A DNA stretch of 64,000 bases, from contig JANPJS010000140.1 in the NCBI GenBank assembly GCA_031425655.1, forward strand, positions 1 through 64,000, written 5' to 3'. Source of the stretch: Abditibacteriaceae bacterium (GTDB lineage: Bacteria > Armatimonadota > Abditibacteriia > Abditibacteriales > Abditibacteriaceae). A program made the translations under genes and the position numbers. Within the stretch, counting starts at the first letter, position 1, and each line of letters opens with the position of its first letter. Below are positions 45,267-55,194 of this stretch, in pieces. Below the pieces are notes generated by a model. The model searched no databases. It saw only the letters and a program-made list of their open reading frames with translations, and was not told where the DNA came from.

Positions 45267-47957
45267 ATGAAACGCACACTTCCCCAGTTGGGTGCCCTGC
45301 TTACCGCGCCGCTGCTGGCACTCATCGCTGTGGCGTTGGCGGCCAACACCACTTCGTCGGCACCGCCACCGCCACCGCCGCAGGCGGTTAAGGCCGGGAA
45401 AGTCAAAGATTTTTTCGCCAACTATTGCCTGCCGTGCCACAGTGCGGAAAAGCAAAGCGGTAAGTTTCGCGTTGATGACCTTCCGGTCGAGATCACCGAC
45501 AACCGCAATGCCGAGCGTTGGCAGAGGGTGCTTAATGCGCTGAATTCCGGCGAAATGCCACCGGAAGGCGCGAAGCCCGTGCCAGATGGCATTAAAGCGG
45601 ATTTTCTTGAAGATTTGGCCAAAACCATCGTGGTGGCGCGGCGAAATCTGGCGGACACCAGGGGCGTCGTCACCATGCGCCGCCTGAACCGACGGGAATA
45701 TGGAAACACCGTGCGCGATCTGCTGGGAGTGACCTTGGATGTCAGCGAACTGCCTGCCGACACCAACGCATCCGGCTTCGATACGGCGGGCACAAATCTC
45801 TTCATGTCGGGCGATCAGTTTGAGCAATATCTCGATCTCGGTCGTGAGGCGGTGGCAGATGCTTTCGAGCGGCATGATCGCGCGGGCTGGGTGAAGAAAG
45901 AACGCTTTGAAGCGGAAAAAGGCCTGCTGGAGCGGGTCAACAAATCTCTCAAGAAGCGCATTGAGTTCCGCCTGGCTTACAACAAATGGACGCGGGCGGT
46001 GGATAAAGCCGCAGCGCTGCCGGAAAATCACGCGGCGGCGGCGGAGATTCGCAAGAACAAAGGACAGCCCTTTTATTACTCGTGGGCAAAACTCAAAGGT
46101 GCGCCCTCTCCCGTGGCGTATGGTTTCACCGATGCCGTGAATGCCGTCCACGAAGCTGCGGACGGCAGTTGGAATCGGTATGTGCCGTATCAAGCCTGGT
46201 TCGTGGCCCAGCCGGAGAACCTGACCGGCGGGTGGCTCACCATCGGTGACAACTCGGTCAATTCTTACTTCTCTTTTAGCATCTACGGTTGGCCGGCGGG
46301 CGACTACGTGGTGCGCCTGCGGGTTGCGGCTTCGGAGAAAGTCACGCCGGAGCGGCGTTTCATCGAGTTTGGAATGGGCGGCGGCAATCCTTTCAAACAC
46401 GACAGCACTCGCATGGTGACCGGGACTTTGGCTGAGCCGCAAATCATCGAAATTCCACTCACGCTGACGGCCAAGGGGCCGCGCGTCTTTTTTGTGCGGG
46501 AACGTGGCACTCATGATGATGACAATCAGCCGAACCTGAAATTTAACGACGGCCTTGCCGAAAACGGTGTGGGGCCAGAGTTCGCTCTCTGGGTGGACTG
46601 GGCCGAAGTGGAGCGCCTGCCCGCTCAGCCTGCCGCGCCGGGCATGAAGGCGCTCGCCGCAGTGCTGGGCGATGCAAAAAGCAAGCTCCCGCCAGAGGAG
46701 CTTGCCAAGGCGCTGGAGGCGTTTTGCTTGGAAGCCTTTCGTGGGCACCAGCCTGCGCCCGGTTTTTTGAAGCGACTGGTGGCGGTCTACGAAGAACGCC
46801 GGGGACAGGGCGAAAACCATCGTCAGGCGCTCGCGGAAGTCGTCGCGATGATCTTGGCGTCGCCGCGCTTTTTGTATCTCAGCGAGTCGCTGGACGCCGT
46901 TTGGCAGACGCGCACTGGCGCGGCAACTCTCAGCGCCCGTGATTTCGCCACGCGGCTCTCGTATTTTCTCTGGAGCGCCCCGCCCGACCAAACGCTGCGC
47001 GACCTTGCGGGAAACGGCACGCTGCTGAAACCGGAGGTTCTGGCGGCGCAAACCACCCGACTGCTGGATGATCCGCGATCCAACGATTTCCTGCGCCCGT
47101 TTCTGCACCAATGGCTGCGGATGGATCGTCTCGATTTTTTTCGCTTCAGTAACGTGCTTTATCCCGATTTCGACGTGAGCGCCAAGGAGGCCGCGCGGAT
47201 GGAGGTCTACGAGACCTTCGCACACGTCCTGCGGCAGAATTACAGCCTTCGGCACCTGCTGAAGTCCGACTACGTGGTGGTGAATGGTCTGCTGGCGAAT
47301 TATTACAAGCTGCCGGGAGTGAAGGGCGATCAATTTCAGGCGGTGAAACTTCCGGCGGACTCGCCGCGCGGCGGCTTGCTGGGCATGGCGGCGATTCATG
47401 GCATGGGCAGCAACGGCGAGCACACCAGCCCCATCGAGCGCGGCGCGTGGGTCTTGCGCAAGCTGCTCAACGATCCGCCGCCGCCCGCTCCCGCGAATGT
47501 GCCGCAGCTAACGCGCTTGGAGGACAAATTGCTGACGACCCGCGAACGGTTGTCACTGCATCAGGAGCAGCCGCAGTGCGCCAGTTGCCATCGAAAGATT
47601 GATCCCATCGGCTATGGATTGGAAAACTTTGATGCCGTTGGCCAGTGGCGCACCGAAGACTTCTACCAGCGGCCCGGTTTGGGCCGGAAAACGTGGCCCG
47701 TGGATCCCGCCGGAGCTTTTCACAAAGGCCCGGCTTTCAAAAACTACTACGAGCTGCGTGATCTCATCCACGCCAAATCCGATGATTTTGCGCGAGGCTA
47801 CAGCATGGCACTCATTGAATACGCCGTGGGGCGCTCGGTTGGTATTCGCGATGAAGCTCTCGCTGAAAAAATGATTGCCGAGGCCAAACCGCAGGACTTC
47901 GCCCTGCGTTCCTTTATTCACACTTTGGTTCGCAGCGAGGAGTTCCGTTCCAAGTGA
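45267..47957 (+). CDS. Di-haem DUF1587/1595/1592/1588/1585 protein
   Basis: CLPCH and CASCH; RRLNRREYGNTVRDLLG; RLSYFLWSAPPD; TSPIERGAWV. Confidence 0.88.
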   Translation: MKRTLPQLGALLTAPLLALIAVALAANTTSSAPPPPPPQAVKAGKVKDFFANYCLPCHSAEKQSGKFRVDDLPVEITDNRNAERWQRVLNALNSGEMPPEGAKPVPDGIKADFLEDLAKTIVVARRNLADTRGVVTMRRLNRREYGNTVRDLLGVTLDVSELPADTNASGFDTAGTNLFMSGDQFEQYLDLGREAVADAFERHDRAGWVKKERFEAEKGLLERVNKSLKKRIEFRLAYNKWTRAVDKAAALPENHAAAAEIRKNKGQPFYYSWAKLKGAPSPVAYGFTDAVNAVHEAADGSWNRYVPYQAWFVAQPENLTGGWLTIGDNSVNSYFSFSIYGWPAGDYVVRLRVAASEKVTPERRFIEFGMGGGNPFKHDSTRMVTGTLAEPQIIEIPLTLTAKGPRVFFVRERGTHDDDNQPNLKFNDGLAENGVGPEFALWVDWAEVERLPAQPAAPGMKALAAVLGDAKSKLPPEELAKALEAFCLEAFRGHQPAPGFLKRLVAVYEERRGQGENHRQALAEVVAMILASPRFLYLSESLDAVWQTRTGAATLSARDFATRLSYFLWSAPPDQTLRDLAGNGTLLKPEVLAAQTTRLLDDPRSNDFLRPFLHQWLRMDRLDFFRFSNVLYPDFDVSAKEAARMEVYETFAHVLRQNYSLRHLLKSDYVVVNGLLANYYKLPGVKGDQFQAVKLPADSPRGGLLGMAAIHGMGSNGEHTSPIERGAWVLRKLLNDPPPPAPANVPQLTRLEDKLLTTRERLSLHQEQPQCASCHRKIDPIGYGLENFDAVGQWRTEDFYQRPGLGRKTWPVDPAGAFHKGPAFKNYYELRDLIHAKSDDFARGYSMALIEYAVGRSVGIRDEALAEKMIAEAKPQDFALRSFIHTLVRSEEFRSK

Positions 47958-47973
47958 ACTGCCGCACCACTCC

Positions 47974-49260
47974 ATGCCCATGATTAAACGCCGCCAATTC
48001 CTCCGTTCCAGCACCGCCACGCTGGCGCTGCCATTTCTTGAATCCGTCGGCTTTCGCCGCTTTGCAGCGGCAGCCGCGCCCGCCACACCGGCCAAGCGCA
48101 TGATTTTCATCGCCATGGGCTACGGAGTGACTCAGGAGACCTGGTTCCCTGACCGCAAGCAAACCGGCCCCGGCTTTGCCCTGCCGCCCGGACTCGCACC
48201 GCTCGCGCGTCACAAGGACGACGTCACCATCGTGCAGGGCCTTTCCAACCGCTACTCCGAGGACGCGCACGCCGGCAGCACCTTTTGGCTTACTGGGGCC
48301 AATCCGCACGAAGGCGGCGCGGCCTTCCGCAATGGCATCTCTGCCGATCAAGTCGCGGCAGCCGCTTTTGGCAAAGACACCCGTTTTGCCTCGCTTCAAC
48401 TCAATGGCAGCGACAAGGATATTTCCGGCCCCGGACACGGCCCCGGCCTGTCGCTGGCGTGGGACAACCGTGGCAAGCCTGTCGGCGGACAAAACTCGCC
48501 GTTTGCCGCTTTCAGTCGGCTTTTCTCCGCCGAAAACCTGCCCGTGGAACAGTTGCGGTTGCGTTTGGCGCAGAAGCGCAGCATGCTCGACACCGTTATG
48601 GAGGAAGCGCGCGACTTGCAGCGCGGCCTGGCCCGCAATGACGTGGACAAGCTCGACGAGTATTTTCAGGGCATCCGCGAAATCGAAACGCGCCTCTCGA
48701 AGGACGAGCAATGGCAGGCCGTGCCCAAGCCGAAGTCACCGCTCCAGCCGCCCCCGGAAGGCGCTTCAGGCCGTGAAGAAATTCGGCTCATGTATGACCT
48801 CATGGTGGCGGCGCTGCAAACCGATAGCACCCGCGTTCTGACCTATCGCCTGCCTATTGCCAATCTGCTCAGCAGCCTCGGCGTGGCGGTGGCCGCACAC
48901 GACATGAGCCACTACAGCCCCGGCGAGCGCATGGAGGCTTCGCAAAAGCGCGATGCCGCCAACAGCGATTTGCTCGCCGGTTTGCTCGACAAACTCAAAG
49001 CGGTGCCCGAAGCCAACGGCAGTCGCTTGTTCGACCACACCACCGTCGTGTTCGGCAGCAACATCAGCACCGTGCACAACCTCACCAACTGCCCCACGCT
49101 CATCACCGGCGGCGGCTCCGGCATCAAACGCGGTCATCATGTCGTCGCGTCAAAGGACACACCGCTTTGCAATGCCTGGCTCACGCTGCTCAAAGGTTCC
49201 GGCCTCAACCTCGAACGCCACGGCGATAGTTCGGGCGTGGTAAAAGAGTTGATCGCGTGA
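47974..49260 (+). CDS. DUF1552 family protein (Tat signal)
   Basis: KRRQFLR..LALPFLES; ISADQVAA; KLDEYFQGIREIE; HGDSSG. Start at 47974 or 47980. Confidence 0.88.
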   Translation: MPMIKRRQFLRSSTATLALPFLESVGFRRFAAAAAPATPAKRMIFIAMGYGVTQETWFPDRKQTGPGFALPPGLAPLARHKDDVTIVQGLSNRYSEDAHAGSTFWLTGANPHEGGAAFRNGISADQVAAAAFGKDTRFASLQLNGSDKDISGPGHGPGLSLAWDNRGKPVGGQNSPFAAFSRLFSAENLPVEQLRLRLAQKRSMLDTVMEEARDLQRGLARNDVDKLDEYFQGIREIETRLSKDEQWQAVPKPKSPLQPPPEGASGREEIRLMYDLMVAALQTDSTRVLTYRLPIANLLSSLGVAVAAHDMSHYSPGERMEASQKRDAANSDLLAGLLDKLKAVPEANGSRLFDHTTVVFGSNISTVHNLTNCPTLITGGGSGIKRGHHVVASKDTPLCNAWLTLLKGSGLNLERHGDSSGVVKELIA

Positions 49261-49299
49261 GGCAGCACGAAAACCCTCAGTGAAGTTTCGACCGGCTGC

Positions 49300-49412
49300 G
49301 GTTGTCATTCCGACCGGAACGGAGCGAGCTTGCGAGCGGAGTGGAGGAATCTTTCACTCCGATTTCCGGCGCGTCTACGTCGCACCAAGAATCTCCGGTC
49401 GGAATGACAACC
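49300..49412. repeat. Palindromic element, TGTC/CGTC-type REP-like
   Basis: Perfect 19-bp terminal inverted repeat ggttgtcattccgaccgga / tccggtcggaatgacaacc; intergenic. Confidence 0.85.
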
Positions 49413-49514
49413 TTCGGTGAGTCTCGAATTTTTAATGCAATTGCCCTGATCCTGCACCACAAACTAACCGCCTGTCGGCAGTCGTGAAAATAATCTGATG
49501 GAAAGTAGAAAACC

Positions 49515-50831
49515 GTGAACATCGGCATCCAACTCAAACACCGCATTCCCGCAGCGTGGGGCATTTTTTGCCTCTTCACCCTTGCTTCCGTTGCTTCCGC
49601 GAAACCCAACGTCCTTCTCGTCCTTGCCGACGATCTCGGCATCGAGTGCCTTTCAAGCTACGGTGGCAAATCGCACAAGACACCAAACCTCGACCGGCTG
49701 GCCAGGGAAGGCATGCGCTTCACGCATTGCTTCTCGAATCCCTTTTGCTCGCCCTCGCGCGGTCAGTTGCTGACCGGGCGTTATCCTTTTCAAAACGGGC
49801 TGAAAGTCGTGCTGCACAGCAAAAATCAGGAGAACATTTACCTGCGGCCTACGCAGCCGAGTTTCGTGCGCCAGCTCAAACAGCACGGCTACGCCACGCA
49901 GCTCGTCGGCAAGTGGCACGTGGGTTATGAGCACAAGCGCAACACCATCCGGGAATTCGGCTTCGATCACTACCAGACATGGCAAATCTTCGATGAAAAG
50001 GGCGAAAAATCCACGCGCTACTGGAATCCGTATCTCATGCGCGATGATCGCATCGTGGCCGATGAAATCAAGAACCGCTACGGCCCGGACGTGGATTTGG
50101 AGGTGTCTCTCGATTTCATCAAAGCCAGCGCCAAGAGCAAGACGCCGTTCCTCACTTATTACGCCACCTGCCTGCCGCATTTTCCCTGGGAACCCACGCC
50201 GGGCAGTAAAGAGCAGGGCTACCGCGCGCCGAACGCCGGTCACAAGGGCGACCCGAAATTCTTTCCAGAGATGCTCGCCTACCTCGACAAGCAAATCGGC
50301 ACGATGCTCCAGACCCTTGATGACCTCGGCATCGCCGACAACACCGTCGTCCTGTTTTTGGCCGACAACGGCACCGACCGCGACCTTGTCAATACTTGGG
50401 GCGACGGCAAAAAGGTTTCTGGCGGCAAAGGCACGATGACCGACCGCGGCACCCACGTCCCGCTTCTCGTGCGCTGGCCGGGGCGAATAATGGCCGGCGG
50501 CAAGTGCGATGACCTGATTGATCTCTCCGACATTTTCCCCACGCTCTGCGAACTCACCGGCGCCAAGCTGCCCGACGCGAAAATCCACGGTCGTTCATTT
50601 GCGCCGCAGCTTCTTGGAAAACCGGGCACTCCGCGCGAGTGGATTCACATTCAGAATGGCGAAGACCGCCAAGTCCGAAACCGCGAATTTATGCTGGACA
50701 ACAAAAACCAAATCCGCCGCGTCGTCGAACTGTCGGAATACCCGGCTAACCCCAACGAGAACCAAGACCCCGAAAAAGAAGCTGCCGCGCGCAAAGCATT
50801 GCAGGCTGTTTTCGCGGCCTTGGGAAATTGA
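49515..50831 (+). CDS. Sulfatase (S1)
   Basis: PNVLLVLADDLG; CSPSRGQLLTG; GKWH; ADNG. GTG start. Confidence 0.9.
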   Translation: MNIGIQLKHRIPAAWGIFCLFTLASVASAKPNVLLVLADDLGIECLSSYGGKSHKTPNLDRLAREGMRFTHCFSNPFCSPSRGQLLTGRYPFQNGLKVVLHSKNQENIYLRPTQPSFVRQLKQHGYATQLVGKWHVGYEHKRNTIREFGFDHYQTWQIFDEKGEKSTRYWNPYLMRDDRIVADEIKNRYGPDVDLEVSLDFIKASAKSKTPFLTYYATCLPHFPWEPTPGSKEQGYRAPNAGHKGDPKFFPEMLAYLDKQIGTMLQTLDDLGIADNTVVLFLADNGTDRDLVNTWGDGKKVSGGKGTMTDRGTHVPLLVRWPGRIMAGGKCDDLIDLSDIFPTLCELTGAKLPDAKIHGRSFAPQLLGKPGTPREWIHIQNGEDRQVRNREFMLDNKNQIRRVVELSEYPANPNENQDPEKEAAARKALQAVFAALGN

Positions 50832-50880
50832 GGCGTCCTGCTGAGTAATCTGTAATCGAAGTAGATTTTTGTGGGCCAAC

Positions 50881-50992
50881 AGAACCCTCCCCTAACCCCT
50901 CCCGTTGGAGGGGAACTTACGCCCTGTAAATTCACACTTGAGTTTAAAAAGCGTAAATTCCCCTCCAACGGGAGGGGTTAGGGGAGGGTTCT
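50881..50992. repeat. Long inverted repeat (C-rich and G-rich arms), REP/MITE-like
   Basis: 50881-50922 and 50951-50992 are reverse-complementary at 41/42. Confidence 0.88.
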
Positions 50993-51388
50993 CCGACCTG
51001 CCAATTAACACCAGAGGACTTCGATTACGGTCTTTCTGAGTTTGTCTTATGGATATATTCGCTGCCACACTCTTTTCTCTTCTGCTGCTAATCAGTGCGC
51101 CGCTCACAACACTGTAACTCACTTATTCGCACCCTGGGAAAGACTCCGATTCCATTATGCAACCAATTTTCACAATCTCAATCTAAGAGCACTTGCTGCG
51201 TCCGCGCTGGCCTTGTCGCTCGTGTCCGACCTCATATTGGACACTATCTGCCAAGAAAGCCAGATAGTGCCAGAAACACTCCAGATCAAGGTGATGGGCG
51301 ACTTTGCGCAGACGGCGCCAATCAACTGCCCCAAGACGGCGAAAGTCAACGGTGAGGCGTGCCAATTGATCATCAACCGCGACCAACA

Positions 51389-53683
51389 ATGATGCGAACC
51401 ATTCTGACAACTTGCTTGACGCTTTTGACTTTGGCCGTTGTGCCGCCGTGGCTCCAAGCCCAAACGCCGCCGGCCAGGGACGCGGTGATGCCGTTTCTGG
51501 AGGCGAACTGCTTGCGCTGCCATGGCGCAAAGAAGCAGAAAGGCAAGTTCTCGCTGCACAATGTGGCGTTTGATTTTGCCAATCCCGTGACGGCCGATCT
51601 GTGGCTTCGCATATCAAGACAGCTTGCGAGCAAGGAGATGCCACCGCCGGAGGAGGACGAGCAACCGTCCGCCTCGGAACGGGCACGGATTACGGATTGG
51701 ATTGAACAGCAGCTTGTGGCGGCGGGGCAAAGCAAGGCTTACTTCGAGAAGCTGCTCAATCCGGCCTATGGCAACTATGTGAGCCACGAGCGGCTTTTTT
51801 CGGGCGAAGTTAAGACGCTGCCGTATTCGCCCAGTCGCATTTGGCGATTCAGCCCGGAGCTGTTCAAAGGCAAATTCATTTCCGGGGCGCAAAGCCCGTT
51901 CAGTCAGATTACTTCGGAGACGGGAATTCGCGATTATTCGGCGACGGGCGGGGTGGATCAGAGCACGATTCAGACGATATTGATCAACACGGATCAGTAT
52001 CTGTATCTTCGCCGCGACGAGCCGGTGTTTCAGCTTTTCGCCAAGGACGAGCCGGTTCCCGATGACAAGTTGGCCCAGGCGGTGGGGGCGGAATTCAAAC
52101 GGGCACTCGGCAGGAACCCCGACGAGGCGGAGATTGCAAAGTATCTGGCGTTTTTGAAGAAAAACATTGCCGATGGCGGTCAGTTGGAGGGGCTGAAGAC
52201 GACGATCAAAGCGATGTTCCTCTGCAGCGAGTCCATCTTCCGCATGGAGTTCGGCTTGGGGAAAGTTGACGAACAGGGACGCCGCCATTTGTCGCCTGAT
52301 GAACTCGCTTACGCGGTTGCTTATGCGTTAACAGATCAAAGGCCAGAGAGAAATGACGTGATTCGCAAAGCGGTTCAAAAAGGCAAGCTGACGAACAAGG
52401 AAGAGGTCGCCGCAGTGGTTCGCGAAACGCTCGATCTCGGAATAAATCCGAGCAAAACGCCGCGAGTCATTCGGTTTTTTGAGGAGTATTTCGGCTACCA
52501 GCGAGCGAATGGTGTCTTCAAGGACATGAACCGGGTTGAAGCCGAGGGAATTCAACAGTGGAACACGAATCGGCTCACTTATGAAGCCCAGCAGTTGGTG
52601 GAATATTTTGTCAATCGCGATAAGGACGTGATTCAGGAGTTGCTGACCAGCAACCGCTTCTATATTGCACACCCCGGCGATAACAAATTGGCAAAAGCCT
52701 ACTACGACGAAGCGATTCGGGAGGATTACGTGGAGCTGAAAGTCCAGCAGTTGCTGGAACAATACAAGCTCCAGAAACGTGATCCGAACGCTGCACAAGA
52801 GCGCGAGGAAATTGAGAATACGAGAAAACAGGCCGAGGCGCGACAGAAGACGGTTCGCCAGGCGATCAAGGATGGGCTAACGCCGTTTCCCGGCTGGCCC
52901 TACAATCGCGAAATTCGCGGGCAAGGCGATTTGATTTACATTGATGTCTACAACTTGCCGGCCACCCATCAAACTCAGCGCCAGCAATGGAACTGGGTGA
53001 TTGATCAACCGATGGAGATGCCGCGGGAACAGCGAGCCGGGATTCTCACGCATCCGGCCTGGCTCGCGGCGCATTCGTTGAACGATGGCAACGATCCGGT
53101 TCGGCGCGGGCGTTGGGTTCAAGAGAAACTGTTGGCGGGCGTGATTTTGGACGTGCCGCCGGATGTGGATGCCAGCGTATCGCATGATCCGCGCAAGACT
53201 TTGCGCGAGCGCATGGAGCCACTGCGAGAGGCACAATGTTCGCGTTGCCACAACAAGATGAATCCGCTGGGCGAACCGTTTGAAATGTTCGACGACTGGG
53301 GCCGATTCCGCGCGGAGTTTTTCTTCGATGAAAAAGCCGAGATCGTGTTGCGCCGCGGCCCGGAGTTCGAAAAGCTGCTCGCTGCGGGAAAGATGACCCG
53401 TCGCGCCGTGGATGCTACCGGTGAAATCCGCGGCTCCGGTGATCCGACCGTTGATGGCAAGGTTCAAAACGCGGTCGAGATGATGCAGCGACTGGGCCGG
53501 TCAGAGCGCGCACGGCAAACGTTTATTCGATACCTGTTTCGCTATTTTATGGGCCGCAATGAAATGCTGAGCGATTCCCAAACGCTGATCGAAGCCGAAA
53601 AGGTCTACCTGCAAAATGGCGGAAGCTTCAAAGCACTTGTCGTCTCGCTGCTGAGTTCCGATTCGTTTCTTTACCGTAGATAA
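51389..53683 (+). CDS. Di-haem DUF1588/DUF1592-type protein
   Basis: CLRCH and CSRCH; RAGILTHPAWL; DPVRRGRWVQEKLL; SDSFLYRR. Confidence 0.85.
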   Translation: MMRTILTTCLTLLTLAVVPPWLQAQTPPARDAVMPFLEANCLRCHGAKKQKGKFSLHNVAFDFANPVTADLWLRISRQLASKEMPPPEEDEQPSASERARITDWIEQQLVAAGQSKAYFEKLLNPAYGNYVSHERLFSGEVKTLPYSPSRIWRFSPELFKGKFISGAQSPFSQITSETGIRDYSATGGVDQSTIQTILINTDQYLYLRRDEPVFQLFAKDEPVPDDKLAQAVGAEFKRALGRNPDEAEIAKYLAFLKKNIADGGQLEGLKTTIKAMFLCSESIFRMEFGLGKVDEQGRRHLSPDELAYAVAYALTDQRPERNDVIRKAVQKGKLTNKEEVAAVVRETLDLGINPSKTPRVIRFFEEYFGYQRANGVFKDMNRVEAEGIQQWNTNRLTYEAQQLVEYFVNRDKDVIQELLTSNRFYIAHPGDNKLAKAYYDEAIREDYVELKVQQLLEQYKLQKRDPNAAQEREEIENTRKQAEARQKTVRQAIKDGLTPFPGWPYNREIRGQGDLIYIDVYNLPATHQTQRQQWNWVIDQPMEMPREQRAGILTHPAWLAAHSLNDGNDPVRRGRWVQEKLLAGVILDVPPDVDASVSHDPRKTLRERMEPLREAQCSRCHNKMNPLGEPFEMFDDWGRFRAEFFFDEKAEIVLRRGPEFEKLLAAGKMTRRAVDATGEIRGSGDPTVDGKVQNAVEMMQRLGRSERARQTFIRYLFRYFMGRNEMLSDSQTLIEAEKVYLQNGGSFKALVVSLLSSDSFLYRR

Positions 53684-53702
53684 ATCCTCTCCCAAACACA
53701 CC

Positions 53703-55106
53703 ATGAAACCCACAATGTTCACCCGACGCGCCGCAATCAAAACCATCGCGAGTTCTCTCGCACTATCGCCCTTTTTGCGCAGCCTGGCTGCCCATGCCGA
53801 CGGCAACGAAGCGGCCCTGCCAAAGCGATTCGTTTTCGTGGTCAAATCGTCCGGCATTGACCGCGAGAATCTCGTGCCCGGCGGCATGGAGCCGGGTGCG
53901 TGGAAAATGGAGCGGGATCAATTCCGCGAACTCTCGTTGAGCAACCAGCAACTGCCGGAGCTTCTGGCGGAGTTTGAGGAGATCAAGAAGCACGTCACGA
54001 TCATTCAAGGGCTTTCCGGCAAGAACTTCGTAGGAAACCACACGGCGGGTTATGGTGCGCTTTCGTGCCATCATTCGGAACGCGTTGCGGTCGCGCCAAC
54101 TATAGATTGCATCCTCGGTCAGCACCTGTCGAGCGGCCCCTATCCGATGTATGGCATGGCGATGAATGGGGAATTGCTGGAGCAATACTACCGCGAGCCG
54201 GAGAACAGCTATTGCTACCCGAATTTGTCCGCCATGAAGCAGGGGACGCCGGTGGCCTATCAGGCCAGCCCGAAAAAGGCCTTCATGGAATTGTTCGGAT
54301 CGGCAGTGACTTCGCAGGAGCAACTGCAGCGGCAGGTGTCGCTGAACACGAACCTGATGGACTTCATGAAGGACGACGCGCGAAGAATCGAGCGCCAACT
54401 GAGTGCGGAGGACAAAGAGCGTTTCGCCAATTACACGGATGCGTTTGAGTCGCTACGCGTTCGCGAGCAAAAAAAGGTGCTCCTTGGTGGTCGTGTAAAG
54501 CAGTTTTCGCCGGAATTAACGAATCGGTATGAATCCAAGGTCATTTCGGATCGCATTGATCTCCATTTCGAGCTGGCGACCGCGGCGATGATCACGGGCT
54601 TGACCAACGTCATCACCTTGAGACCCGACACGCTGGGGGTGACCTATACGGAGCTTGGCGTCAATCAAGCGGTTCACTCGCTTGGTCACCTGGGGAAGAA
54701 CACCACGTCGAATGGCTGGGATGGCCCAAAAGCGCGGCGGGAAATAGACAAACTCCACCTCCGTTACGTGGCGAGGATGGCGAAAAAGTTCAACTCAATC
54801 CCCGAAGGGAACGGAACGATGCTGGACAACACCACCATCGTTTTCATGTCCTGTGCCGGAGGTGCCCACCACGACGGTCAGAAGGATTGGCCTTTCCTGC
54901 TGGTCGGCGGAATGGCGGGCAAGCTGAAAACCGGGCGTTATCTCGAATTCCCCAGCTACCAAAAACCCGGCCATCGCACGATTGGCAACCTTTACCTCAG
55001 CTTAATGCAGGCCGCAGGTTTGAGAACCGGCGAGCATTTTGGGCAATTGGATGCGCTGCTGAAAGATTTCGAACTGGCCGGCCCGTTAGCGCAGTTGATG
55101 GCGTAG
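53703..55106 (+). CDS. DUF1552 family protein (Tat-like signal)
   Basis: TRRAAIK; PKRFVFV; PEGNGTMLDNT; GHRTIGNLY. Confidence 0.83.
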   Translation: MKPTMFTRRAAIKTIASSLALSPFLRSLAAHADGNEAALPKRFVFVVKSSGIDRENLVPGGMEPGAWKMERDQFRELSLSNQQLPELLAEFEEIKKHVTIIQGLSGKNFVGNHTAGYGALSCHHSERVAVAPTIDCILGQHLSSGPYPMYGMAMNGELLEQYYREPENSYCYPNLSAMKQGTPVAYQASPKKAFMELFGSAVTSQEQLQRQVSLNTNLMDFMKDDARRIERQLSAEDKERFANYTDAFESLRVREQKKVLLGGRVKQFSPELTNRYESKVISDRIDLHFELATAAMITGLTNVITLRPDTLGVTYTELGVNQAVHSLGHLGKNTTSNGWDGPKARREIDKLHLRYVARMAKKFNSIPEGNGTMLDNTTIVFMSCAGGAHHDGQKDWPFLLVGGMAGKLKTGRYLEFPSYQKPGHRTIGNLYLSLMQAAGLRTGEHFGQLDALLKDFELAGPLAQLMA

Positions 55107-55194
55107 CTTTTTTATCTTCAAAGACATTCAAACGGCCTCACACCCCGTCGCCGCGCCAACTCCAACTCAAATTGCACTCGCAAGACGCAACACC

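Noticed and set aside
45117..47423. Long minus-strand ORFs (768 aa here; also 5111-6535, 9639-11036, 59237-60682 and 62109-63809)
   Set aside because: They lie opposite well-supported + strand genes and have no recognisable motifs. They are typical antisense shadows of GC-biased codon usage.
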